Positions 45,777-54,897 of a stretch of DNA of 64,000 nucleotides are shown one piece after another. Each line of letters opens with the position of its first letter. Positions within the stretch are counted from its first letter, which is position 1. The stretch is from an uncultured bacterium. Lineage in GTDB: Bacteria > Patescibacteriota > Minisyncoccia > Phycocordibacterales > Phycocordibacteraceae. The stretch covers positions 25,716-89,715 of the forward strand of contig CAWKPH010000002.1 of NCBI GenBank assembly GCA_963851445.1. The letters are read 5' to 3'. The notes under the pieces were generated by a model. That model made no database searches and had not been told where the DNA came from. It was given only the letters and a program-made list of their open reading frames with translations. The position numbers were made by a program, and so were the translations under genes.

Positions 45777-46172
45777 ATGATCCGCGTTACTCAACAAAGG
45801 CCGCCCGCGCACATCCAGCGGCACGGCGAGCACGACTGCACCACGATTGTTCACATCCATGAGCACACTCGCTCATTCGGCCTCAAACGGGCACAATTTC
45901 TTGGTCACAGACAAGTGGGCATCATCAAAGCGACGCTCAATGCCTTGACCGCCATTCCCTGCGAGGGTGAACTTAAGATTACCGCCACGAGAAAATCTGG
46001 GGCATCCGCCATCGGCGACATCTACACCTGGGATCCACATTCTTTGCGCGTCGCCCAGGAAGCCGTGTCACTCATCCGGGATGATCTTCGAATTTTGATG
46101 TCTCTTGACCTCGGCGAGCTCCAGCTGCAGATCAGTTGTTCCCTCGAAAGAAAACTCAAGGTCGCCGCCTAG
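45777..46172 (+). CDS. hypothetical protein (131 aa), GC-richer than neighbours, immediately downstream of tRNA-Ala
   Basis: ORF with an upstream TTGACA-16-TATTGT and a GC-rich terminator downstream. No family recognised. Confidence 0.3.
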   Translation: MIRVTQQRPPAHIQRHGEHDCTTIVHIHEHTRSFGLKRAQFLGHRQVGIIKATLNALTAIPCEGELKITATRKSGASAIGDIYTWDPHSLRVAQEAVSLIRDDLRILMSLDLGELQLQISCSLERKLKVAA

Positions 46173-46192
46173 GACTAAACACCCTGACGTGC

Positions 46193-46224
46193 AAAGCCGC
46201 CCAGGCTCTCGGGCGGCTTTTTGT
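46193..46224 (+). terminator. rho-independent terminator
   Basis: AAGCCGCCC-AGGCTCTC-GGGCGGCTT followed by TTTTG. Confidence 0.6.
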
Positions 46225-46359
46225 TCTCACTTTCCCTCAAGTCCATGGGTTCGAGGATTTGGCAACTTAATTGAAAGAATTTTATTCCCATCATTTGCGA
46301 GAGTTTTCCTAAAGAGTTCCAAGGAAGCCCTTAGACGTTCGCCTGCTATACTACCCCAT

Positions 46360-47820
46360 ATGCTAAAACGTGAGGAAGAGAAACTCCTTGACTTCATACA
46401 CACCGAGCACAAGAAAGGCTACACCAAGAAGGAGATACGAGAAGCACTTATAGCTAATGACTTCTCTCCTAAGGACATAGACCCTTCTCTCAACAAGGTA
46501 TTTAAAAGAAAGAGAAGACACCATACACAAAAACTCCTCGTACCCCTCACACTCCTTCTCTTTGTCCTCATAGCAGGCTGGTGGCTCTACACCCACCATG
46601 CGTCATCCAGTGACACACAGAATACTCTGGGATCTACACTTGCTACCCCTGAGGGGAATACTGGATCTTCTGGTCCTACAGAAGAATCAATCACAACGCA
46701 ACCAATCGGCTTCGCAAGCCTTGATGGCGGTACAACTGGTGGAAATCCAAACAATATATGTCATGTGAGCTCCATGACTGAAGCGGCTCTTGCTACCTGT
46801 GCTGAAGCATCCAATTCAAGCACTGTGGTTTTTGACACTCCCGGTACGATTGTCCTCACCTCACCTATAGACATAACCTCAAATAAGACGATAGAAGGGC
46901 CAGTGACAATAGAAGGACAATCCAATCTTTTTCAAATACGAGGACAGAGTAACATCATCATACGAAATATCTATTTTGAAAATCTTCCAGGACTTGTTGT
47001 TCCTCCCTCGATTAGTGGGCTGTCAGCAGCCAGTACTTGTCCAGATACTTCTACATATCTGACGAAGGGTCTCGGAGGCTCTAATCTTGAAGGATGCGGA
47101 AACGAAATACGCATATTGGGTGGAGTTACTTCCGATAGTCAGAATATATGGATAGATCACGATTCCTTTAGAGCTTGCGGTGATAAATGTATCGCGGTTG
47201 GTGTTGGAACCAGCGGTCTAGATCCTTCTACTGGAAAATATTACAGTGGAACTTTAGTATCAATATCAAATAGCATTTTTAAAGACAGTTGGTTTGCTGT
47301 CGCTATTGATACTGCTACTGGAGGACCAATGGGCGCCATCCCAATCAATGAACAACCAAACTCCATGGTAACGCTGTACGGTAATTTATTTAGTGAAGTA
47401 AATAGACGTAGTCCCCGTGTCTCCGGTGCCGGTTCTTGGGCACACGTCTTTAACAACGTCATTCAATACTGGGGTGGATTTGACAGCAGTACGGGTGATG
47501 GATATGGATTCGGACCTTCTTCAAATGATTCAGCGCAATTGTTACTAGAAGATAACTACCTTCGTGCGTGGCCAAGTCCAAATGCCTGTCAAGAAGCAGA
47601 CGATCTTATCAACCAAAGATGCAAGGTAACCGATCCAATTCAATCTAAAGGAGTCCCTGCAGGTTACATACGAGCAACAAACAACTTTTTAGCAAACAGT
47701 GCTACCGATCAGGAAAACGGTCCCTCAGTGGTATTCACTCCGCCCTACAGTTACAGTCCGCTCGACCCATTAACCACACTCAATTCAGTTATCGCTAATG
47801 CTGGAGTTATTACAAATTGA
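46360..47820 (+). CDS. membrane-anchored right-handed beta-helix protein of the pectate lyase (PL1-like) family
   Basis: TM helix 'LLVPLTLLLFVLIAGWWLY'. 'IWIDHDSF', 'NRRSPRVSGAGSWAHVFNNV' (the R-P-R…HV-NN pectate-lyase motif) and repeated 'I.G..N..I.N' beta-helix rungs. Start taken at ATG 46360; the ORF track's 46105 extension overlaps the upstream terminator. Confidence 0.6.
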   Translation: MLKREEEKLLDFIHTEHKKGYTKKEIREALIANDFSPKDIDPSLNKVFKRKRRHHTQKLLVPLTLLLFVLIAGWWLYTHHASSSDTQNTLGSTLATPEGNTGSSGPTEESITTQPIGFASLDGGTTGGNPNNICHVSSMTEAALATCAEASNSSTVVFDTPGTIVLTSPIDITSNKTIEGPVTIEGQSNLFQIRGQSNIIIRNIYFENLPGLVVPPSISGLSAASTCPDTSTYLTKGLGGSNLEGCGNEIRILGGVTSDSQNIWIDHDSFRACGDKCIAVGVGTSGLDPSTGKYYSGTLVSISNSIFKDSWFAVAIDTATGGPMGAIPINEQPNSMVTLYGNLFSEVNRRSPRVSGAGSWAHVFNNVIQYWGGFDSSTGDGYGFGPSSNDSAQLLLEDNYLRAWPSPNACQEADDLINQRCKVTDPIQSKGVPAGYIRATNNFLANSATDQENGPSVVFTPPYSYSPLDPLTTLNSVIANAGVITN

Positions 47821-47861
47821 GCTTGTATTTTTCGATCCACGAATAATTTTTTGCAGAAAAC

Positions 47862-47890
47862 TTGACATATATTATATAGTGTGCTAATCT
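47862..47890 (+). promoter_or_regulatory. sigma70-like promoter TTGACA-17-TAATCT followed by two palindromes (ACGGATTGAATCCGT at 47896–47910; CCCATTCTGGG at 47911–47921)
   Basis: Read directly from the sequence. The palindromes lie between the -10 and the GGGAGG RBS of 47951–48583. Confidence 0.45.
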
Positions 47891-47950
47891 TACAAACGGA
47901 TTGAATCCGTCCCATTCTGGGATTTTAACTGGCCGGGAGGCCTACATAAT

Positions 47951-48583
47951 ATGAGTGAAGAGACTTCTGTCGTCTGCGCCGAGGAAATGAGCGGCGCTAC
48001 CCTCGATCTGGATGTCAAGGCGCTGGTGCTGGTGAAGTTCACCGTGGGCAACTCGCTTCTCGTTCCCCGCGGCATTCGCGAGGTCGACCGTGCGCCGGAC
48101 ATCAAAATCGACATGCGCCATCGCCTCGCCGGCCTGAAGCTGGAGCTCGGGGCGCACGCCACGCGTACCGGACGGTTCCGGGAGGGTCGCGTCGACACCG
48201 GCGTCCCAGTGATCAAGGATCTCGGGCTTTCTCAGGCGGCACTCATGCTCCGCGGGCTGTCGAACAACGATTTCAGGTTGATCGATCTCCACTATTTCGA
48301 GAAGCCGGGGGAGCGCCGGCCCAAATTCGTGATCGTGGGGAGTTACTCCCCCTGGGAAAAGGACGAACCGCTCGAACTCACCGACAAGGTGCTCGAGGCG
48401 CTTCGGACTCTGTCCAGGGAGACCTGGCAGTTTTGCACGGTCTGGGACAACCCGGACTGCTCTGTAACGATCAACTTCGGCGACCGGGCGCCCGACGCCA
48501 AGCCGAGGCAGGCAATCCGTGTCCAAAACCGCAGGATCGTGTCGACGTCGGTCACGGACTTCGTGACCGAAGAGGAGGAATAA
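47951..48583 (+). CDS. GC-rich ORF, hypothetical protein (210 aa)
   Basis: GGGAGG RBS 10 nt upstream. High GC across the ORF only; AT-rich promoter and terminator flanks. No family recognised. Confidence 0.4.
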   Translation: MSEETSVVCAEEMSGATLDLDVKALVLVKFTVGNSLLVPRGIREVDRAPDIKIDMRHRLAGLKLELGAHATRTGRFREGRVDTGVPVIKDLGLSQAALMLRGLSNNDFRLIDLHYFEKPGERRPKFVIVGSYSPWEKDEPLELTDKVLEALRTLSRETWQFCTVWDNPDCSVTINFGDRAPDAKPRQAIRVQNRRIVSTSVTDFVTEEEE

Positions 48584-48609
48584 AACCTCCCACTCATCAA
48601 ACCAACTTA

Positions 48610-48652
48610 TACGACCGGAGTCCTATTTATGGGACCCGGTCGTACTTTTTTT
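48610..48652 (+). terminator. rho-independent terminator (convergent with truD)
   Basis: ACGACCGG…CCGGTCGT stem followed by CTTTTTTT. Confidence 0.55.
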
Positions 48653-48667
48653 CGTAGTAAAATAATT

Positions 48668-50101
48668 CTAAATTTCTTCTAACTGACCAAGAAATCCGTC
48701 CTCTTTGGAATGGATCACTTCTTTGAATCTCTCGAGCAGTGGTGTGATCGGAGTTTCTCCGAGGGTAGCTTTTGCATCAACACGTTCAACCGAAAAATAT
48801 TCAGGAGGAACTCCCCCAACTAAATTAAACATATGCGACAGCATTGTTGTTGCATATTGACCTTTATCTAAATCAAACTCGAAGACTATACCTTCGTCGA
48901 CCAATTCGGCTTTATGAAAACGGACATTGCTGTGCGTAGGTGTACTGCGAGAACGAAGAACAATTTGAGGAAAAGGTCGTAGGTTGTGGAAAGGAGGAGG
49001 AAAGATACCGAGCTTCTCCAACATTGGTCGGTAGAGGTCCTGATCACGGCGATCCTTGCTTAGGAAGAAGGGTAAGGTATCAGGCATAGGTTCACCCCGA
49101 TTCAAATACTCAGAGAGCTTCTTGTTAAATAGAATGGATGACAGTGCATAGAGCCAGAAGGTGATCTGCTCAGGTATAGCTTGCAGCGCACCAGGGAAAT
49201 CTTGAGGATTCTGTCGTAAATGATCGACTACTAACAACTCCTGCTCAAAAATAAGAGGGAAATCTAAAAGAGTTTTATATACAGCATTCCAATCGGGAAT
49301 TTTTGCTTTTAACGATCTACGCATTTCCTGGAAATAGGGAATTTCTCGTGAACCAGCAAAGGTCAAGAAGTCGCAGACGGCATCCTCATATTTGCCCTGG
49401 AGAATAAGTCTGGCCCAGTGGAAATTACGTAACCGAGAGACCCCAAAGCGCTGTAGGTAGAAGAAATTAGCAAAACCATGTTCTTTTACATCCTGTAGAT
49501 AATTTGCAAAATGCGAGAAACGTTCAGGATCGAAAAATGATCGTTCAGTGCGCACAAGGATTGTAAAACGATTTCCCTCGAGATTCCCTCGTTCTGCAAT
49601 TCCATTACCGCTCACAATTTCTTTAAGAAAATAATATGGCGAACGAAGAGTACTGACCGACTGAAGATTAGACTTTCGAATAGAGATTTTTTGAGCCGTA
49701 ATGGCATTTTTATCCTTAAGACCAGCAAAACTAACATCCTTTTCCTGAATGCCTAGTGATCGTGAAATGTCAGTCGCTGCCTCAAAAGTTGAAATATTAC
49801 ACTTAACCAAGGTTGCGTATATTGTTGGTGTTTTTTCTAAGGATTCGAGATCCGATTCTCCACCTAGATCAATAGTACGGATTGCAGAATCAATACGTTC
49901 TTCGACGATGAAATCCTCGGGCCAAAGTTTTATGAGTCCCTGCGGAAATGAATTCTTATGCGGAATATCAATACCAAATTCCGAAAGGGTGGCACCATCC
50001 TCAATATGTGAATGTTCCAAGAATAATTCCGGATGCTCTTTGCTAAGGCCTTGTAGTAATTTAAGTTCTGCTTTTTTACGCTCAAATCGATCAGGAGGCA
50101 T
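48668..50101 (-). CDS. truD: tRNA pseudouridine(13) synthase TruD-family protein
   Basis: 'LIKLWPEDFIVEE' and 'AGLKDKNAITAQ' (catalytic Asp in the GxKD motif) are TruD hallmarks. Confidence 0.7.
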   Translation of the reverse strand: MPPDRFERKKAELKLLQGLSKEHPELFLEHSHIEDGATLSEFGIDIPHKNSFPQGLIKLWPEDFIVEERIDSAIRTIDLGGESDLESLEKTPTIYATLVKCNISTFEAATDISRSLGIQEKDVSFAGLKDKNAITAQKISIRKSNLQSVSTLRSPYYFLKEIVSGNGIAERGNLEGNRFTILVRTERSFFDPERFSHFANYLQDVKEHGFANFFYLQRFGVSRLRNFHWARLILQGKYEDAVCDFLTFAGSREIPYFQEMRRSLKAKIPDWNAVYKTLLDFPLIFEQELLVVDHLRQNPQDFPGALQAIPEQITFWLYALSSILFNKKLSEYLNRGEPMPDTLPFFLSKDRRDQDLYRPMLEKLGIFPPPFHNLRPFPQIVLRSRSTPTHSNVRFHKAELVDEGIVFEFDLDKGQYATTMLSHMFNLVGGVPPEYFSVERVDAKATLGETPITPLLERFKEVIHSKEDGFLGQLEEI

Positions 50102-50118
50102 AAAGCGATGTCGTGAGA

Positions 50119-51132
50119 CTAACTACCAGGATAGTACTTCTTTAGAAGCGCGACATGCTCCGCATAGGTATCGGAACAATGGAATCTGCCATAGGAGTCA
50201 TGGAAATAGTAGAGACAGGAAGTTTGCACAGGATTAAGTGCTGCAAGTACTGCCGCTACTGATGGTTCAGCAATAGGCCCAGGTGGAAGCCCTGGATTCA
50301 TGTAGGTGTTGTAAGGAGACTTAATGTATTTATCTTTTGGTAGTACTTCCTGCCACCAATTTCCCTCTTTATTCTCACCCATTGCGTATTGAAGCGTTGC
50401 ATCAATCTGTAGATTCATGTTGTCGAATAGTCGGTTCCAGATAATGCCCGAGATAATGCGCATATCAGTTGGACCTGCGGCTTCACGCTCAAGAAGCGAG
50501 GCCACGATCAAAGTCTCGTTGAGAGGCACAAGAGACGCTGTTGTTGGACTATAGTGGTCAGCAACTGTCTCGTCGAAGCGTATGCCCATTAAAGCTGCGA
50601 CGTTGGAAGGAGTCATTGAATCATCAACGACATACGTTCCAGGAGCAAACATCCCGTCTGTGATTCCTGGTGTCTGTGCATCTACCGCTGCAAGGAATTG
50701 CTTTTGTTGCGTTGTATTCCAATTGAGTGCCCGTGTAAGCTGTGAAAGTATTTCTTCTTTGCGATATCCTGGAAGGACGGTAATTAGATGACCATCTGCG
50801 GCAGCAAGTGATTGATATAAGCTTGTATTATCAATGAGCGCAGCGATCTGAATCAAAACCTCTCTCACATCCCCTACAGAGGCTGTAAGAGTATTGTTTT
50901 GAGTCTGCTCATTGAAAAAAGCATCAGCCTTTGGATTATCGACAATGCTTTTTGTCGCCGGATCTACTGAGACAGGAAAGACTGCAACAGTGGTCGGGGA
51001 ATTTGCGGGCTGCAATAGCGACATGCTTTCCAAATGAATGTGTGCAATCTCAATTTGCGGCAGGATAAAGGTTGTACAGCCTCCAATAATGCAAAGGAGG
51101 GCAACTACGGTAAGAATTCGCGCCCTATCCAT
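50119..51132 (-). CDS. mltG: endolytic murein transglycosylase MltG/YceG family
   Basis: TM anchor, 'IVASLLEREA', 'ISGIIWNRL…LQIDATLQY', 'SPYNTYMNPGLPPGPIAEPS', 'LYYFHDSYGRFHCSDTYAEH'. Start taken at the internal Met (MDRARIL). The ORF track extends to 51231. Confidence 0.75.
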   Translation of the reverse strand: MDRARILTVVALLCIIGGCTTFILPQIEIAHIHLESMSLLQPANSPTTVAVFPVSVDPATKSIVDNPKADAFFNEQTQNNTLTASVGDVREVLIQIAALIDNTSLYQSLAAADGHLITVLPGYRKEEILSQLTRALNWNTTQQKQFLAAVDAQTPGITDGMFAPGTYVVDDSMTPSNVAALMGIRFDETVADHYSPTTASLVPLNETLIVASLLEREAAGPTDMRIISGIIWNRLFDNMNLQIDATLQYAMGENKEGNWWQEVLPKDKYIKSPYNTYMNPGLPPGPIAEPSVAAVLAALNPVQTSCLYYFHDSYGRFHCSDTYAEHVALLKKYYPGS

Positions 51133-51323
51133 TTTTCGTTTACGTGGATGAACCGCATAGCGCAAAGGATATGGGGACTGATTATTCACCGGCATGATGA
51201 CAATATTGTACCTTACAACAAAGCATAGCAAAAAGAGATATCCAATTATGAACTAGGTTACACAAATAGATTTCGTGTACGAAATGGTAGACATCCTGCC
51301 ATACATAATGGTAGTGTCAAATA

Positions 51324-51662
51324 ATGGTCAAAGCCCCGCAAAAATCCACTCCCGTTGAGGAGTTCATTAAATGGATTGGATCTACCCAATCCATGATATT
51401 TCATACGATCGTCTTTATAGCCTTTCTCGGTCTTACCCTTAGCGGCATTGCTTCTCGTGATCTCATACTACTCATCTGGAATACCATTGTATCGCTTGAG
51501 GCGATCTATCTAGCTATTTTCATCCAGTTTACGGTAAATCGGAACACCACAAGTCTTCGAGAAGTCGAGGAAGACATTGATGAGATTCAGGAAGACGTCG
51601 AGGAGCTTGGAGAGGATGTGGAAGAAATTTCAGGAAGATCTCGAAGAAATAACCGAGGATGA
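51324..51662 (+). CDS. DUF1003-like small membrane protein (possible C-terminal frameshift, see findings)
   Basis: Two TM helices then an acidic coiled tail. An overlapping ORF 51577–51762 in another frame continues the acidic/coiled pattern. Confidence 0.5.
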   Translation: MVKAPQKSTPVEEFIKWIGSTQSMIFHTIVFIAFLGLTLSGIASRDLILLIWNTIVSLEAIYLAIFIQFTVNRNTTSLREVEEDIDEIQEDVEELGEDVEEISGRSRRNNRG

Positions 51663-51777
51663 CACTGAAGAAGATAAGGAACACACACGTTCACTCGAGG
51701 TGCTCACTGAGGAAATTCGTCACCTTTTAAAAGAACTTGAGGCACTCAAGAAGAAAGAGTAGTCTTCATCACAATAC

Positions 51778-51849
51778 GGGCCCATAGTAAAATGGTTATT
51801 ACGCGTCCATGGCATGGACGAGGTCGGGGTCCGATTCCCCGTGGGTCCA
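51778..51849 (+). tRNA. tRNA-Ala (anticodon GGC) with an atypical T-loop
   Basis: Acceptor GGGCCCA/TGGGTCC (G3:U70), D-arm GTAA-AATGGTTA-TTAC, anticodon stem CGTCC/GGACG, loop ATGGCAT, T-arm CGGGG-TCCGATT-CCCCG (C instead of U at position 55). Confidence 0.65.
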
Positions 51850-51903
51850 CTAATAAAATAAGAGAGCGCCTCCGGAAGAAGCGCTTGATGAAGATACTAT
51901 GTT

Positions 51904-53232
51904 TCAAAGAACCATATTAAGTTCTTCGGTCGACACACGCTGCAGTTCACAAGCAGGGTTTGGAGAATTAAGTATTTGACTACCCATAATGGCGTAATCC
52001 GCACCAGCTTCCAAGGCTTCAGCTGGAGTCGTAACGCGTTTCTGGTCACCGAGCGCAGCACCTGCCGAACGAACTCCCGGGGTCACTACCAGCATTTCAG
52101 GATATTTTTTTCGGCCAGCCTTGGCTTCCAGAGCCGAACATACAAAGCCGTGTGCACCCGCCTTGTGGCCAATTCTCATGAGGCTCGCAACTTGACGAGG
52201 CGGCCTGCAATGGTAGATCTCCTCACAGGTATCGGGATCGATCGAAGTGAGTAGGGTAACAACGAGAACTTTGGTCGGAGTGCCGGCTAGAGCTCTCACT
52301 GCTGCTTGGATCATTTCTTCGCCACCCGAACCATGGACTGTAACTGCCCAAGGTGGACACGCGCGCAGCCAAGTACAGCCATTCTTAACGGTTGTTTGAA
52401 TGTCGTGGAATTTAGGATCTACCATGACTCGTCCATACACCGAAAGGTTGGGGAGCAGACTTTCTGCCCCTTTCCCAAAGAGAAGATCATTCACCTTAAG
52501 GATTGTACCTGTAGGACGCAGTTCATCTATGACAGGCAGCACCTCTTCCCAGCTTTTGCCGTCGAGCGCTAGGATGATGCGATTCTTCTTTTCCATTTCC
52601 AAATCGCAGCGCTCCATGACACCAAGCTCGATTAGTTGACGGCGCACGTCGTGAAGTGTCATGCCAGGCCAAACCATCGTGCGCAGGTCTCTGGAGGCAA
52701 GATGTTCCTTCCAGCCCTGCTGTCGATCAACCAGTACGACAAGCCCAAGCACTTCAAGACCCATTCGGATGCACTGAAAGTAGGGTTCGACCTTGGATTC
52801 TCCGTCAGTAATGACGTCATCGATGATTACCACGCGATTGCCATAGACTGGGGTGCCGATAACTCTGGCGTTATAGGCTCTTCCGACCTTCTCTTCATCA
52901 CGTATGGTGAGATAGGGAAGGCCAGTCTCACGCGCAAGCAGTCCTGCAAAACACGAGACAGAATGAGGTACCTCCACAAATTGATCAAGCGCAAGTCGCC
53001 TAAGCGCGAGCGCATACAGGCTTGCAAGCCACTCAAGAGCCCTCGGATCATTGCGTGCATCGCGAAGATTGATATAGATGTCGGTCTCTCCGCCTTTTTT
53101 GAGACGCAAATCACGCTTGTTGCTGAACTTGATGAGTCCGAAGCGCAATAGGTTTTGAACGACTCCACGGTGTTCCTCGGGAAGAAGCCAGGGAGTTTGA
53201 GGAAAAAAGGAACTGTTCATTAGAACCTCCAA
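51904..53232 (-). CDS. pyrEF: bifunctional orotate phosphoribosyltransferase / orotidine-5'-phosphate decarboxylase (PyrE–PyrF fusion)
   Basis: N-terminal 'VVIIDDVITDGESK' (PRTase PRPP motif). C-terminal 'ILALDG', 'DPKFHDI', 'VTVHGSGG' (OMP decarboxylase). Confidence 0.7.
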   Translation of the reverse strand: MEVLMNSSFFPQTPWLLPEEHRGVVQNLLRFGLIKFSNKRDLRLKKGGETDIYINLRDARNDPRALEWLASLYALALRRLALDQFVEVPHSVSCFAGLLARETGLPYLTIRDEEKVGRAYNARVIGTPVYGNRVVIIDDVITDGESKVEPYFQCIRMGLEVLGLVVLVDRQQGWKEHLASRDLRTMVWPGMTLHDVRRQLIELGVMERCDLEMEKKNRIILALDGKSWEEVLPVIDELRPTGTILKVNDLLFGKGAESLLPNLSVYGRVMVDPKFHDIQTTVKNGCTWLRACPPWAVTVHGSGGEEMIQAAVRALAGTPTKVLVVTLLTSIDPDTCEEIYHCRPPRQVASLMRIGHKAGAHGFVCSALEAKAGRKKYPEMLVVTPGVRSAGAALGDQKRVTTPAEALEAGADYAIMGSQILNSPNPACELQRVSTEELNMVL

Positions 53233-53392
53233 AAGGTTTTAGGCAGTGCGTTGCATGCCTCCTCGCTCATACAAACACATTGCAGAGGCAATCGCAAAGA
53301 ATCTTTAATTCTTTGGAACAATAGGTACCCATGCTAATATGACGTTTATGAAGGGTATAGTGGCTCGTAGGAGCCTTTTGTAATTTAACGAT

Positions 53393-54139
53393 ATGACTTC
53401 TGGTATCAATGTTGAATTGAAAGCAGCAGTGTTAGGTCATATCCTTGGGCTTCCTATAACGAACAGTCTTCTCATGACATGGCTTGTTATGCTGTTTTTG
53501 ATCGCGTTTGCGTTCTTCTTTGGTCGTAACTTGAAAATGATTCCGGGAAAATTTCAAGCTGGCGTTGAGTGGCTCTTTCAGGGCGCCATGGATTATATTT
53601 CCGAAACACTCGAGAGTGACAAGCTCGCAAAACGATATTTTCCCCTTCTTGCAACTATTTTTCTTTTCATACTATTTTGCAATGAGCTTGAATTCTTTCC
53701 TGGAGTAGGCTCAATCGGTATTTTTCAGGGAGGTACACTCGTACCGTTTTTACGTGCGCCGACCGCGGATCTCAATCTCACCCTTGCTCTTGCATTCATC
53801 TCGTTCTTCACTATCGAAATTACCGGCATCGCTACTCTGGGCGCGTTGAAGTACGGCTCGAAATTTGTTAATCTTAGTTCACCGGTCGGGTTTGCAGTTG
53901 GGCTTATTGAGATCCTGAGCAACCTCGGACGTCTCATCTCGTTCTCTTTTCGTCTTTTCGGAAACATCTTTGCGGGGGAAGTGATGATTTTGGTTGCGAG
54001 CTACTTCCTGCCATATCTTTTGCCGATCCCACTCATGGGTTTCGAGATGTTCATCGGAATAATTCAAGCACTTGTGTTCTCGATGCTCACGTTGTTTTTC
54101 ATAAAGCTTGCTATTGCTGACCCGCACGAGAGCCACTAA
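53393..54139 (+). CDS. atpB: F0F1 ATP synthase subunit a
   Basis: 'SFSFRLFGNIFAGEVMILV' (conserved Arg) and 5 TM helices. Confidence 0.85.
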   Translation: MTSGINVELKAAVLGHILGLPITNSLLMTWLVMLFLIAFAFFFGRNLKMIPGKFQAGVEWLFQGAMDYISETLESDKLAKRYFPLLATIFLFILFCNELEFFPGVGSIGIFQGGTLVPFLRAPTADLNLTLALAFISFFTIEITGIATLGALKYGSKFVNLSSPVGFAVGLIEILSNLGRLISFSFRLFGNIFAGEVMILVASYFLPYLLPIPLMGFEMFIGIIQALVFSMLTLFFIKLAIADPHESH

Positions 54140-54186
54140 TCACGGCTTTCCTGCGGCTCCGGAATGGATGAGTCGTTATTTACTAA

Positions 54187-54432
<246 letters not shown>

Positions 54433-54450
54433 GCAGTAACGATTCTGGGC

Positions 54451-54894
54451 ATGCAACAGCTTCTGGACGCATTCGGTATCAACGGCTCACTTCTGCTCGC
54501 ACAAGCAGTGAATTTCGGCATACTCCTAGTCGTGCTTTGGTATTTCCTATACAAACCTGTTATGAAGACGCTTTCGGATCGTCAGCAAAAAGTGGCGCAG
54601 GGTGTACTTGATGCTGAGCGTGCTGCGCAGAAACTTGCTGGTGCAGATGCGGAGGCATCAAAGCTTGTTGGAAGTGCCGAGGCAGAAGCAACGAACATCG
54701 TTACCTCAGCACGTAACACCGGTAAAGAGGAACGGGATCGCATTGTAAAGGAAGCAGAAGCACGCTCCTCGGCAATTGCAGCTGATGCTAATGCGCGTGC
54801 TAAAGAAACCTCAGCAAAGGCACTTCGAGAAAGTGAAAAAGAAGTTGCGCGTCTAGCGATGCTTGCAGCAGAGAAAATTATGCGTAGCTCTTAA
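54451..54894 (+). CDS. atpF: F0F1 ATP synthase subunit b
   Basis: N-terminal TM then a long Ala/Glu/Lys-rich helix; position in the operon. Confidence 0.7.
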   Translation: MQQLLDAFGINGSLLLAQAVNFGILLVVLWYFLYKPVMKTLSDRQQKVAQGVLDAERAAQKLAGADAEASKLVGSAEAEATNIVTSARNTGKEERDRIVKEAEARSSAIAADANARAKETSAKALRESEKEVARLAMLAAEKIMRSS

Positions 54895-54897
54895 TAT

